Shown in pieces: positions 43,022 to 53,394 of a DNA stretch of 64,000 nucleotides. Under the pieces are notes generated by a model that ran no database searches, was not told where the DNA came from, and was given only the letters and a program-made list of their open reading frames with translations. How positions within the stretch are numbered: the stretch's first letter is position 1; every line of letters starts with the position of its first letter. A program made the position numbers and the translations under genes. The DNA comes from Candidatus Marinacidobacterales bacterium (GTDB lineage Bacteria; Acidobacteriota; Vicinamibacteria; Marinacidobacterales; SMYC01): positions 704,001 to 768,000 of the forward strand of contig CBDCYI010000011.1 in assembly GCA_965224085.1 (NCBI GenBank), in the 5' to 3' direction.

Positions 43022-43897
43022 TCAAGGCGTCTGTTCGGACAAGGGTTTCTTCAAGACGCTGTCGAGCCCTTCGAGATCGGAATCTTCGGGAACAGCCCTG
43101 TTGGCGGCTTCGGTGACCGGTATTTCTGGCTCGCTTGTTCGAGGGGGTGGTGGGGCCTCTGAGCTCTCTGTAATCGGGGTGAGCCATCCAAGCGCGATGA
43201 AAGCCCAGAGCAGCTGACAAACTTCGAAGTCGCTGAGCTCGGAGTTGGCGCAAGCCTCTGCGATCGTTTTCGGGCCTCTCAGATCGGAGAGGATCTCGAG
43301 CTCTTTCGGGTCGAGCTTTGCGGCTCTCACGCTGTCGTCGATCCCTTCGCACGACTGGTTCACCGCATCGAGCGATCCGATCCCTTGCGCGATGCGTCGC
43401 CAGCTGGAAACGTCACGCACACCGTCGATGATGAGCTTTGGAAGAGCAATGGAAAGCTCGATCGTTTCTTTCGCCAGCTGCTTCTCCGCGAAGATGTAAG
43501 CGGCTTCGGTCCACTGAAAGAGGCTGAGGATGATGGAGCGGACTTGACCGATGACGCCTTGAACCAAGTCATGCGGTGTTATGACGCCGTTTTCGACAAG
43601 AACGGCTCCGAACCTGCGCTCGGGCGTGACGAATCGGCTGAGCTCCGTCAGATGTTCGAACCGGATCTTCTTCGCCTTCAAAAGGTGCGGACCCAGCCGA
43701 TCATCCGCGGAGGACGACTTCGCGAACACGATCGCGCCCTTGTGTACGACAACGGTTTTCTCGGCCTCTGCGCTCACGAAGCGCAGCTCGCCCGTTTGCT
43801 TCAGGCTGCAAATCCTTAGGAGCAGATCGGGCAGATCGTAGGCTTGAGCCCAGCAGTTGAAGCTTCCCGAGAGCGGGATGTCCTGATCGGGCGACAT
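43022..43897 (-). CDS. DUF4388 domain protein
   Basis: LPDLL......TGEL, G.IVFA.S...DRLG..L and LFQWTEA.Y.F. Confidence 0.8.
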   Translation of the reverse strand: MSPDQDIPLSGSFNCWAQAYDLPDLLLRICSLKQTGELRFVSAEAEKTVVVHKGAIVFAKSSSADDRLGPHLLKAKKIRFEHLTELSRFVTPERRFGAVLVENGVITPHDLVQGVIGQVRSIILSLFQWTEAAYIFAEKQLAKETIELSIALPKLIIDGVRDVSSWRRIAQGIGSLDAVNQSCEGIDDSVRAAKLDPKELEILSDLRGPKTIAEACANSELSDFEVCQLLWAFIALGWLTPITESSEAPPPPRTSEPEIPVTEAANRAVPEDSDLEGLDSVLKKPLSEQTP

Positions 43898-44093
43898 GGC
43901 GCGGAGCACCTCCGAGATGGAAGAAATCTTAATTTTGCCGATTGAAGTAATTTTGTCTGATCTCGAGTCTCAGCCCAAACCTTGACACCACGCGGCGATC
44001 AGGAATTGGAGTGTCATCGATGCATCTCTCACGCTCGCCAGCACCGGTGTCGGCTGGGGACAATGTTCGATATTCGAATTTCTGGAGACGCTT

Positions 44094-44759
44094 TTATTCT
44101 AGCAAACGACTCGGCCGCTCGTCATGGTAGATTCGGCCACTCTTCATTACGAATAGCATCTTTCGCAAGGTGGAAATGTTCTCGGAGGGGTCGGATTCGA
44201 GGGCGACGATATCTGCGAATTTGCCGGGTGCTATGGAGCCGATAGCGTCTTCGAGACCGAGGAGGTCAGCGGGTGCGATCGTCGCCGCGCGAAGGGCTTT
44301 TAGCGGAGTCATGCCGGCTTCCACGTAATACTCCGCTTCTCGGACCGTGACGGTGGTGCCGTCGTTGGACTCGAAAGGGAATTGGTCGGTGCCGAGAGCG
44401 ATCGACACACCTTCTTCAATCGCTATTTGGAGCGATCGCCAGTGGCGGGCTCCCACCGTTTTCACCCGCTCGAGATACCAGCGCGGCGAGCCGATACGCT
44501 CAAAAAATGGCATCGTCGCGGGCTGGCGCACCACGATAGTCGGAACGAGCCACGTGCCGTGGGTTTTCATCTCACGCAGAACCTCGCGCGTGAGAAAGTA
44601 GCCGTGCTCGATGCAGTCGATGCCAGCCGCGACCGCGTTCATCATCGTATAGCCGAATACGTGATGGCGCGCCTCTTCGAGCGGGACGTGGCTCGCCGGC
44701 TGTCCGATCACCACGGCGAACTCACACTCCCAGTCGAGCTGTTCGCGCCCCAGCTTCAT
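44094..44759 (-). pseudogene. In-frame chimera: fumarylacetoacetate-hydrolase fragment fused to amidohydrolase C-terminus
   Basis: LDWECEFAVVIG...VFGYTMMN joined to AVAAGIDCIEHG...GTD...GKFADIV. Confidence 0.75.
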
Positions 44760-44874
44760 GAGAGCCCTCGTGCTCGAAAGTTCCGAGTTTGAAGGGCTCC
44801 TCGGATGCGAGCGCTATTTGGGAGAGCAGGACAAGAGCGACAAGCAATCGGCATAAGGAGGGACAAGAACGGCG

Positions 44875-45192
44875 CTAGCGGTCACTCTTCGCCGGTGCCG
44901 CTTTCGACACCACACTTTCGACCTTGTCGCGCATCGACTGCTCACGGTCGGTCCTGGTCCCACACTTGATGTTCGTATGGATGCGCGGCGCCCCCATGTC
45001 GTGAACAGCTTCGTGGCACCGTTTTATCGCTGCGAAGACGTCGTCCCACTCACCCTCGACGTTCGTGCCGTAAGCGTGAAGGTTGTGCTCGAGACCGGCA
45101 TCCGTGATGACCTTCTGACAGGTGGCGATGTGGTCCGAGACCGAAACACCGACGCCCATGGGAATGATGCAGAGATCGGCAATCACTTTCAT
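44875..45192 (-). CDS. MTH1187 family thiamine-binding protein
   Basis: IIPMGVGVSVS, HAYGTNVEGEWD and GTRTDR. Confidence 0.9.
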   Translation of the reverse strand: MKVIADLCIIPMGVGVSVSDHIATCQKVITDAGLEHNLHAYGTNVEGEWDDVFAAIKRCHEAVHDMGAPRIHTNIKCGTRTDREQSMRDKVESVVSKAAPAKSDR

Positions 45193-45219
45193 GACTGCAG
45201 TTTACCCAATGGGGACAGC

Positions 45220-46115
45220 TCACGAGGATCGCGTGAGGTTGAGAACCTGGACCTCGGGCTCCAGTTCGCCTCGAAAAGAGAACGTGGCGCTTACCTCGGC
45301 GACCCGCTTTCGGTAGAGCATGACGACGACCCAAGCAAACGCGAGGCACGTGCAACCCGCGAGCCAGCGGTCCACCTCTTGGAGAAGCCACAGCTCGAGC
45401 CGCGCAGTCGCATAGGCGTAGGTTGCCATCGCCAACAGATAGGCCGGCCACAGAAGCTTCACGTTTGCGTTACCAGGCGCGTAGGCGCACGTGAAGGGCA
45501 CTTCGTGATAGCCGAGAAGGAGTAGCTCGGCAAGGAGCACCGCGCAAAGAAGCCAGAACGCCGTGTGGGCGAGCCCAGCACCGGCTCCCCAGAGGATGCC
45601 GTAGACGGGTAGCGTCACCGCCACAATCGGCATCAGACCAAGAAGTGCCATCGCCTTCCGGACGCCCCGGTAGTAGGGCGTTTTGTCGTTCGTTTCCGTC
45701 ATCTGGAACAGCCAGTTCGAGCGGAGCTCCGTAGGGACAGCAAAGACGACGCGAAGGGCTACGAGCACGAAACAGTTCCTCCACCGATGGGAAGAGCGCC
45801 GAGGATGGCCGCGTCCCGCCGGTCGGGAAAGGCCGCTTCCCACGCGATGACGGTGATGAACCCGACCGCGGTCATCGAATAGCCGATGAAAAAGGGCTTG
45901 TCCGACCACGTCGGATTCGCAGCGAAGTGTTCGAGCGCGACATGTTCCAACACGGCATATTTTGGGAGGAGCCGAAGTGCTACGAACATGGTCGGCGCCG
46001 CGAATAGGGGAACGATCCAAGCGAGAGCATCCCCGACGTCGGCCTCCTCAGAAAGCAGATCGTTCTCGAAGAGCCTTCTAAAGAAGGTCTGCAGGAGTGT
46101 TTGAGCCGGCGTCAT
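45220..46115 (-). pseudogene. ABC transporter permease with large internal deletion
   Basis: N-terminus FFRRLFENDL...FPDRRDAAILGALP joined out of frame to C-terminus P.ELRSNWLF...VPFTC.Y.PG. Confidence 0.7.
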
Positions 46116-46876
46116 AACCGCATCGTTTCGATGAGCTCGTTCGCGACTTGGCGCACGTCTTTGCGAATCGCGAGCTGTGTGAAGACACCTTCGAGCGACG
46201 GTTCTTGCATCAGCGTGCGCAGCTCCGCTACGGCTCCTTCCGCCAAGACGCGCCCTTCGCGCAGGATGACGACGCGCGAGCACACTTGCTCGACGAGCTC
46301 CAAGACGTGTGAGCTGTAGAGAACAACTTTCCCCGCGGCCGCGAGCTCACGGACGAGCTCTTTGAGCACGAGCGTCGAGCCCACGTCGAGGCCAGACGAT
46401 GCTTCGTCGAGAATCACGATCTCCGGATCATGCAGGAGCGCTGCTGCGATCGACACCTTTTGCTTCATGCCTTTCGAGTAGGCCGACATCGGCGCGTAGC
46501 GGTCGCCTTCGATTTCGAACAGGTGCAGGAAGCGCTCGATCTTTTCTTCGAGCACGTTCGATGCGATCTCTCGCAGCCGTCCGACAAGCGTCAAATATTC
46601 CGGGCCGGTGAGATAGGTGTAGAGCTCCGGTGTCTCCGGTACGCAGCCGACCCGGCGGCGGTGCTCGAGCCCGAGCGCTTCGATGTCCCGTCCATCGTAG
46701 AGAATCGTCCCCTCCGTCGGGCTCGAAAGACCGGCGACCATCTTGACCGTCGTGGATTTCCCCGAGCCGTTCGGACCCAGATAGCCGAGCACTTCTCCTC
46801 GCGCGACGCGGAAGCTCACCTCACGCACCGCGGCTAGAGGCCCGTAATACTTGCTGACGTTTCGTAGCTCGAGCAT
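46112..46876 (-). CDS. ABC transporter ATP-binding protein
   Basis: GPNGSGKST, YSKGMKQK, ILDE and SSH. Confidence 0.93.
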   Translation of the reverse strand: MLELRNVSKYYGPLAAVREVSFRVARGEVLGYLGPNGSGKSTTVKMVAGLSSPTEGTILYDGRDIEALGLEHRRRVGCVPETPELYTYLTGPEYLTLVGRLREIASNVLEEKIERFLHLFEIEGDRYAPMSAYSKGMKQKVSIAAALLHDPEIVILDEASSGLDVGSTLVLKELVRELAAAGKVVLYSSHVLELVEQVCSRVVILREGRVLAEGAVAELRTLMQEPSLEGVFTQLAIRKDVRQVANELIETMRL

Positions 46877-46886
46877 TGCAGGACTC

Positions 46887-48853
46887 CTATTCGTGACGAA
46901 GCGCGTTGCAAGGACTCGAGATGGCCGCGCGACGAGCGGGATGGAGACACGCGGCGGCGGACACCGCTATGAGCAGGAGCGCGACTGCGGCGAGAAGCGA
47001 CGGCTCCGTCGCGCTCGTTTGCACGAGAAGCTGCAGCAATAGCTTTCCCACAGCGAGCGCGCCCGCCATCCCAAGCGTCAGGCCCAGCGCGAGCTGGCCG
47101 ACCACGCGCGCTCCGAAGAGGCGAAGGATGTCTCGAACGCTCGCACCGAACGCGAGACGAACGCCGACCTCATGCGTGCGCTCCGCTACCGTGTAGGCGA
47201 CGACGGCATAGAGCCCAATAGCGGACAGGACGAGCGCGATAGCGGCGAATAACAAGAAGAGCGTGCCGAAGACACCATGCCCCATCGCGACTGTTGGACG
47301 AGCTCGTCCATCGAAAGGGCGCCGTATACGGCGAGGCTGGGGTCGAGCGCGAGGACTTCTTCGCGGACGAGCGCTTCCACGGGCCCGCGGCCGCGCACGA
47401 GAAGCACGCCCGTTGCGCTAGGCTCGGCGCGAGAAGGCAGATACAAAACGGGGTCGAGCTCTCTCATCGATTGCTGACGGATGGTCGGAGAGATGCCGAC
47501 GATGGTGAGCCACGGCGCGTCGTCATCGCCCACACGCACCCTCTCGCCGATGGGGTTGTGATTCTGAAAGTGAAGCGAGACGAATCGCTCGTTCACGATG
47601 GCGCTGTCGTGGCCGGTTGTTCCGTCGATCGACGTGAAGACGCGGCCTCGTACGAGCCCGACGCCCAACGTCGCGAAGTAATGTGCGCCGACGCTCACGA
47701 TGGAAACTCTGGGCGCGGGTCGCGCTTCGCTCGGCTTACCTTCGATCGCCAGCGGACGCATGGGCGCTCCGGCGAAAGGTAGAGCGCTGGCGATGGTCGC
47801 GGAGGCAATCGGTTCGACGACCGTAAGGCGCCGCTCGAGCTTCTCATAAAACTGGACCCGCGCTTCCGGCGTTGGGTAGCGATCGGGTGGGAGCGATACG
47901 CGCTGCGACGTGAGTCCTTGGGTGTCCACGATGTGGTCTGCCTGATAGAGCGCCACGAAGCTGCGCATCATGAAGCCCGCCCCCGCGAGCAGAATGAGCG
48001 TCAAGGTCAGCTCGACGACGACGAGCGCGGACATCCAAGCGCGCGCGCGTGTGCCCCCTCCACGACGGTTACCCTGCTTGATGAAAGTGTTCAATCGGGC
48101 TCTCGAGAGGTGGAGCGCGGGTACGAGCCCGAAGACGAATACACTGGTCGTCGCAGCAAGAATGAGAAAAACGGCCACGCGCTCGTCCATCGTCCACTGA
48201 AACCAATAAGGCAAGTTGATGCCTTGGATGGTGCGGGCGAAAAGGCGCACCGCGTGGACCGAGAATCCGAAGCCTAGGACGGCCCCTGCGCATGCAAGCA
48301 CGGCGCTCTCTCTACCATCAACTGCCTCAGGATGCGCCAACGTGTGCCGCCGAGCGCAGCGCGCACCGCGATCTCGCGCGAGCGTGTTACCGAGCGAGCG
48401 AGCAACAGGTTCGCGACGTTGGCACACGCGATGAGGAGAACGAACGCGACCGCGCCCATCAAGGCGGGAAAGATCGCAAAATCGGCGGCCGTTCCGATGA
48501 ACGGCTCGATCCGCGGCGTGAGCCCAGCGTTGGTCTCGGGATGGGTCTCGCGAAGGCGCTCGGCGACGGTGTCGATCTGTCTTTGTGCGGAAGACAGGTC
48601 TGCGGTATCGACAAGTCGGGCGACGACGCGGAGCGTGCGCGCGTCGCGCGTGTCGGTGTCGAGCCCGGGTAGACGCGCAAGTGGCTGCTAGAGCTCGGCG
48701 AAATCGGGAAAGCGAAAGCCTTCTTTCGTAACGCCGATGATCGTCGTCGGTGTGCCGTCTACCTCGATGACGCGACCGAGGACAGCTGAGTCGGCTTCGT
48801 AGTGGGTCGTCCACACCCTATGGCCGAGAATGACGACGGGGGCAGCGCCGGCT
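46887..48853 (-). pseudogene. MacB/FtsX-like (duplicated) ABC permease, 5'-truncated with frameshifts and a nonsense codon
   Basis: VLLIACANVANLLLAR, REIAVRAALG and GLYAVVAY.V..RT.EVGVR.AFGA in different frames; TAG at 48688-48690 in FAEL*QPL. Confidence 0.88.
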
Positions 48854-49045
48854 CAAGCGGTCGAGATTGAACCAATCGAACGCGGACTCGCTTCCGGGCT
48901 CAGAAGCGCTCGCGGTCGCCCAGAAGAGTGCCGCACTCGTCGCGAAATGCACGCTCAAGATGATCGCGATCACCGCGAGCACGAAGTAGAAGACGAGTAT
49001 GTTGCTGTTCTTCCGGGCGTCGTCCTGATGTTGAAAGAAGTCCAT
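48854..49045 (-). pseudogene. M48/HtpX-like peptidase N-terminal fragment
   Basis: MDFFQHQDDARKNS..LV.YF directly downstream of lemA (usual synteny), truncated after ~64 codons. Confidence 0.7.
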
Positions 49046-49066
49046 TCCCATTGGGCGCCCGCGCTG

Positions 49067-49654
49067 CTAGAACTTGACCTTTGGCGCCTCGCGCTGCTCC
49101 GCGACCTCGATCTCGAAAAGCTCCGCCTCTTTAAAGCCCATCGAGTTCGCGATAACGACATTCGGGAATTTTTCCCGCGCGATGTTATAGGCCGTTACAG
49201 CGTCGTTATAAGCTTGGCGTGAGAACGAGATTTTGTTCTCCGTCGACGTGAGCTCTTCTTGGAGCTGCAACACGTTCTGGTTCGCTTTGAGATCCGGATA
49301 GCTCTCCATCAACGCGAACATCCGGCCCATGGCACCGGTCAGAGCACCCTCGGCACCAACGAGGCCTTGGATGGCACCCGCGTCGCTCGGGTCGGCGGCG
49401 GCCGTCTTCGCTGCAGCTTGCGCTTGGTTGCGCGCGTTAATGACCGCTTCGAGCGTTTCACGCTCGTGTTTCATGTAGCCCTTGGCGGTCTCGACGAGGT
49501 TCGGAATCAAGTCGTAGCGGCGTTTGAGCTGCACGTCGATTTGCGCGAACGCGTTCTTGAAGCGGTTCCGCAAAGTGACGAGCCTATTGTAAATGCCGAC
49601 GAGGAACAGGATGAGGAGCCCCGCAGCTCCGAGAAAAATCAACGCACCGATCAT
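49067..49654 (-). CDS. lemA: LemA family protein
   Basis: YNRLV, IDVQLKRRYDLIPNLVE, YPDLKAN and ENKISFSRQAYND. Confidence 0.96.
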   Translation of the reverse strand: MIGALIFLGAAGLLILFLVGIYNRLVTLRNRFKNAFAQIDVQLKRRYDLIPNLVETAKGYMKHERETLEAVINARNQAQAAAKTAAADPSDAGAIQGLVGAEGALTGAMGRMFALMESYPDLKANQNVLQLQEELTSTENKISFSRQAYNDAVTAYNIAREKFPNVVIANSMGFKEAELFEIEVAEQREAPKVKF

Positions 49655-49893
49655 GGAAACTCCTTTCGAAAAAGAGAGAAACTCGGCGGCGCGAGCGTAA
49701 ATCGCTCGAGCGCCTACACATAGACGTTAGATGGTGTTTCTAAATGATGCGGAACGTGTAACCGTGCAACGCGGCCATTATCACTATTATAACATTTCGT
49801 GTTGCGGGTTACTAACGGTCGCGAATTTCACTCCCTAAAAGAGGGCGCGGGCTTGGCCAACGAGCTGCTTGGTGATCTCCCGGTGAAGCGATC

Positions 49894-50382
49894 CTACTCG
49901 TAGCCGTAAATGCTGGGTGGTTCTTTGTCGAGGAGGCGCAAATACGTGTAGAACTGTCCCCGGTGATGCCAATGCTCGTCGTAGAGGAAGTAAAGTACTG
50001 AGTTCCCGTGAATTCTCCGTACTCTGATTTCACCGTCCGCGACAACTCGGTATCGGAGACGCCCCCGAGTGCCGCTTGAGCCGCAGAGTGGCAGCGCTCG
50101 GCAAAGTCCTTTATGTCTCCGATGGAGCGGATTTCCGCGACCGCCGCCGCGCCGACCTCGCTCTCGGGCTCGAGCTCCCGCCCCGCCGCTGCGGAGAGCT
50201 CCCCGCTCTGGATAGCTTCAGCCAACGCCTTCTCGGCGGTACAGGAGCGCCTTAACGGTGCGCATGGTGTCTTTCGGTCGAAAATCGAGGTCTTCATCCG
50301 CAAGCACGCCGATAGCCCGCATCGTCACCCCATGCACCATGTCGAAGTAGCCCCACTGAGCTGAAAAAGCCTCTAAGTTCAT
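49894..50382 (-). pseudogene. DinB family protein with frameshifts
   Basis: Manual reading: MNLEAFSAQW...LDFRPKDTMRTVK at the 5' end and DEHWHHRGQFYTYLRLLDKEPPSIY at the 3' end, in different frames from the middle. Confidence 0.75.
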
Positions 50383-50598
50383 CGATCCTCCAAGTAATAG
50401 TCGAAGCTAACAGAAAAATTGATAGTGGTCTATTTTCGAAACTAAGCCACCACCCGAATTCGTTTCGACAAGAGGTAGTACACTTGCGGCCAAGCATAGA
50501 AGGAGGGCCAATGAGAACGGACGCGCACGTCGCGGCCGCCATCCTAGCGCACATGCTTGCCGGCACAAATTAAGGAGTGAGCGCTCGCGCTCTAGACC

Positions 50599-50940
50599 TT
50601 AGCTGCCCGTCGAGGAAACGGACTCTGTGTCGTGACGCCAACGAACACAGCGAGGCGGGAGCGGAACTTCGGCGAGCACTGCGTCGAGCCCAATAGCAGG
50701 CTCCGTTCCCTCGGGCAGGAGTAGTCTCATCGTCCCCGTCGTTCTGCCGTAAATAACTACGATATAAGAGCCGCATTCAAGCTGGATCAACGCGCCAACG
50801 GACGGCTCCGGCTCCGCAAAAGCATCGAGTTCATCGGTCTCGACTGGGAAAAACTTGCGGAACTCAGGTTCTGAGAGATGTGCGGTGAGCACCGGGATCG
50901 TTTCGCTTTTCAGCTCTTCGGCTTTAGCTCGTCGCATCAA
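50599..50940 (-). CDS. Hypothetical protein (candidate immunity protein)
   Basis: 113 aa; start overlaps the upstream stop. Confidence 0.55.
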   Translation of the reverse strand: MMRRAKAEELKSETIPVLTAHLSEPEFRKFFPVETDELDAFAEPEPSVGALIQLECGSYIVVIYGRTTGTMRLLLPEGTEPAIGLDAVLAEVPLPPRCVRWRHDTESVSSTGS

Positions 50941-51257
50941 TCTACTCTCTTGACTATCTTAATCGGTATTTCCACCTCTTCGCCAGGCACCCCCGAACGC
51001 ACGCCTTCAAGTCCTTCTGGCCAGGTCGCGTCCCCGGGTGCACCATAAGGCGCGGACGAGATCGTCGTGACGAACTCTATCCCGCTTCGGCCAACCGGAA
51101 GAGGGCCATAATATGCTTTGACTGCTGCGACCGCGCCCGCATAAATATTCCTTCGAGCCTTGCCCCTCAGTCGCCCCGAGCGCTCGACGAGCTCGTTCAG
51201 TTCAGCGTCCTGGAACCGGTGAAAAGGCCCGTAGCGCGGTGACGAGTCGGGCGTCAT
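50937..51257 (-). CDS. Hypothetical protein (candidate orphan toxin domain)
   Basis: ~106 aa; GPFHR, VKAY.GPLP....GIEF.T motifs. Confidence 0.55.
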   Translation of the reverse strand: MTPDSSPRYGPFHRFQDAELNELVERSGRLRGKARRNIYAGAVAAVKAYYGPLPVGRSGIEFVTTISSAPYGAPGDATWPEGLEGVRSGVPGEEVEIPIKIVKRVD

Positions 51258-51270
51258 CGCCTGCAAGCCC

Positions 51271-53394
51271 TCACTCAGGCCAGGCCATTCCGAGGTTCTC
51301 CATCACGAAGGCCCAGCGGTCTGCTTGCTCGGCGAGGATCATGCTGGTGGGCTTACCCGCCCCATGGCCTGCGTTTGTTTGGATACGGATGAGCATCGGG
51401 CGCGGCTCGTCGCCGTGTATCTCTTGGAGCCTCGCGGCGTATTTGAACGAGTGGCCGGGGACGACGCGATCATCGTGGTCCGCGGTCGTGACGAGGGTTG
51501 CGGGGAAGTAGGCTGCGGGACGGAGCCGGTGGTACGGGGAGTAGGCGTGGAGCGTTTCGAACTCCTCGGGATTCTCCGACGAGCCGTAATCGGAGACCCA
51601 AGCCCAGCCGATCGTGAACTTGTGAAAGCGCAGCATGTCCATCACGCCCACGGCTGGGAGACCCACACCAAAGAGCTCGGGCCTCTGGTTCATCACCGCA
51701 CCCACGAGCAGGCCGCCGTTCGAGCCGCCGCCAATAGCGAGCTTTTCCGGCCGGGTATAGCCCTCGTCGATCAGAAACTCCGCGGCGGTGATGAAATCGT
51801 CGAACACGTTTTGCTTGTTCGAGAAGGTCCCTCCTTGGTGCCACTCCTCCCCGTATTCTCCGCCGCCGCGTAGATTCGCTTGAGCATAGACGCCGCCGAG
51901 CTTGAGCCACACGAGGTTGCTGACCGAAAAGCGCGGTCGGAGGCTGATATTGAATCCGCCATAGCCGTAGAGATAGGTCGGATTTGTTCCGTCGAGCTCG
52001 AGCTCGCGCTTATGGGTCACGAACATCGGGATCTTCGTGCCGTCCTTGGATGAGTAAAACACTTGCTCGGTCACGAAAGCGCCGCCGTCGAACGCGATCT
52101 GCGGCGAGCGGAAGACGCTCATAGCACCCGTCTCGAAGTCGTAGCGATAGATCGTCGTTGGATAAAGGAAGGACTCGAAGGCGTAAAACATCTCGCGATC
52201 CTTCCGCTCGCCAGTGATCGAGCTTACCGAGCCGAGCGTAGGAAGCTCGAGATTCTTCATCCCGCTGCCGTCTCTACGGAACGTCGCGATGCGGCTGTGC
52301 GCGTCGGTCAGATAGGAGGCGACGAATTTCCCATCGATGATGCGCACGTCTTCGAGTACGTCGTCGGCCTCGGCGATAATTCCCATTTCTTTCGTGTCCG
52401 AGACGCCGGCTCGTATCGCGATCACCCGGTAGCGAGGGGCGTCGAGGTTGGTCAGAACGTAGAGAACGCCGCCGTCATTGCCGATGAACTCGTAGCTCGC
52501 GTCGAAGTCGTCGAGAAGCTTCACGACGTTCCCGTCGAGCCGCGGCTTTTCGGAGTCGACGAGATCGAGGGTGTACAAACGATTGCGCTCGTCGGTCCCA
52601 TGCCGGACATTGAAAATGGCGTAGTTCCCCGCATCCGAGACCGTGACGTCGAAACCCCATTCGGGTTCGTCCGGCCGTTCGTAGACGAGTCTGTCCTCGG
52701 ATTGCGGCGTCCCGCGACGGTGGTAATAGACCTTTTGGTTCAGATTGACGCCGCCCTGCGCCTCGTCGTCCTTGGGCTCCGGATAGCGCGCGTAGAAGAA
52801 GCCTTCGTTGTCGTGGGTCCAGGACGCGCCCGAGAACTTGATGAAGCGCAGGTGGTCGGGCTCGTCTTCGACGGTCTCGATATCGCGGACGCGGAACTCT
52901 TGCCAGTCAGAGCCGCTCGCGGCGACACCATAGGCGAGCCACTTGCCGTTGTCGCTGAGCGCGAGCATCGAGAGCGCGGCGGTGCCTTCCTCGGAGAGCG
53001 TGTTCGGGTCGAGAAGGACCTCGGGCTCCGCGTCGAGCGACTCTTGCTTGTACAAGACGGATTGGTTCTGAAGCCCGTCATTCTTGAAAAAGAAGTAACG
53101 CCCGCCTTTCTTGAACGGCGCGCCGAAGCGCTCGTAGTTCCAAAGCTCGGTGAGCTTGTTCACAAGGCGCGCGCGGTTCGGGAGCGCTTCAAGGTAGCCG
53201 AACGTAACTTCGTTCTGGGCTTCGACCCAATCGGCGGTGTCGGCCGCGTTGTCGTCTTCGAGCCAGCGATAGGGGTCTTCGACTTTGGTGCCGTGATAAT
53301 CGTCGATCTGTTCGACTTTCTTTGTCTTCGGATATTTCATCGGGCCTGCTTGAACCGTAAAGGCGAGAAGAGCGAAGAGTACCGCTCGGGTCAC
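51271..53394 (-). CDS. Prolyl oligopeptidase (S9A)
   Basis: DPYRWLE, GGSNGG, DHDDRV and AGHG catalytic triad; GTG start overlapping the upstream TGA. Confidence 0.95.
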   Translation of the reverse strand: MTRAVLFALLAFTVQAGPMKYPKTKKVEQIDDYHGTKVEDPYRWLEDDNAADTADWVEAQNEVTFGYLEALPNRARLVNKLTELWNYERFGAPFKKGGRYFFFKNDGLQNQSVLYKQESLDAEPEVLLDPNTLSEEGTAALSMLALSDNGKWLAYGVAASGSDWQEFRVRDIETVEDEPDHLRFIKFSGASWTHDNEGFFYARYPEPKDDEAQGGVNLNQKVYYHRRGTPQSEDRLVYERPDEPEWGFDVTVSDAGNYAIFNVRHGTDERNRLYTLDLVDSEKPRLDGNVVKLLDDFDASYEFIGNDGGVLYVLTNLDAPRYRVIAIRAGVSDTKEMGIIAEADDVLEDVRIIDGKFVASYLTDAHSRIATFRRDGSGMKNLELPTLGSVSSITGERKDREMFYAFESFLYPTTIYRYDFETGAMSVFRSPQIAFDGGAFVTEQVFYSSKDGTKIPMFVTHKRELELDGTNPTYLYGYGGFNISLRPRFSVSNLVWLKLGGVYAQANLRGGGEYGEEWHQGGTFSNKQNVFDDFITAAEFLIDEGYTRPEKLAIGGGSNGGLLVGAVMNQRPELFGVGLPAVGVMDMLRFHKFTIGWAWVSDYGSSENPEEFETLHAYSPYHRLRPAAYFPATLVTTADHDDRVVPGHSFKYAARLQEIHGDEPRPMLIRIQTNAGHGAGKPTSMILAEQADRWAFVMENLGMAWPE

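Noticed and set aside
50511-50573. 20-codon ORF with strong AGGAGG RBS (MRTDAHVAAAILAHMLAGTN)
   Set aside because: Too short to support; probably another remnant
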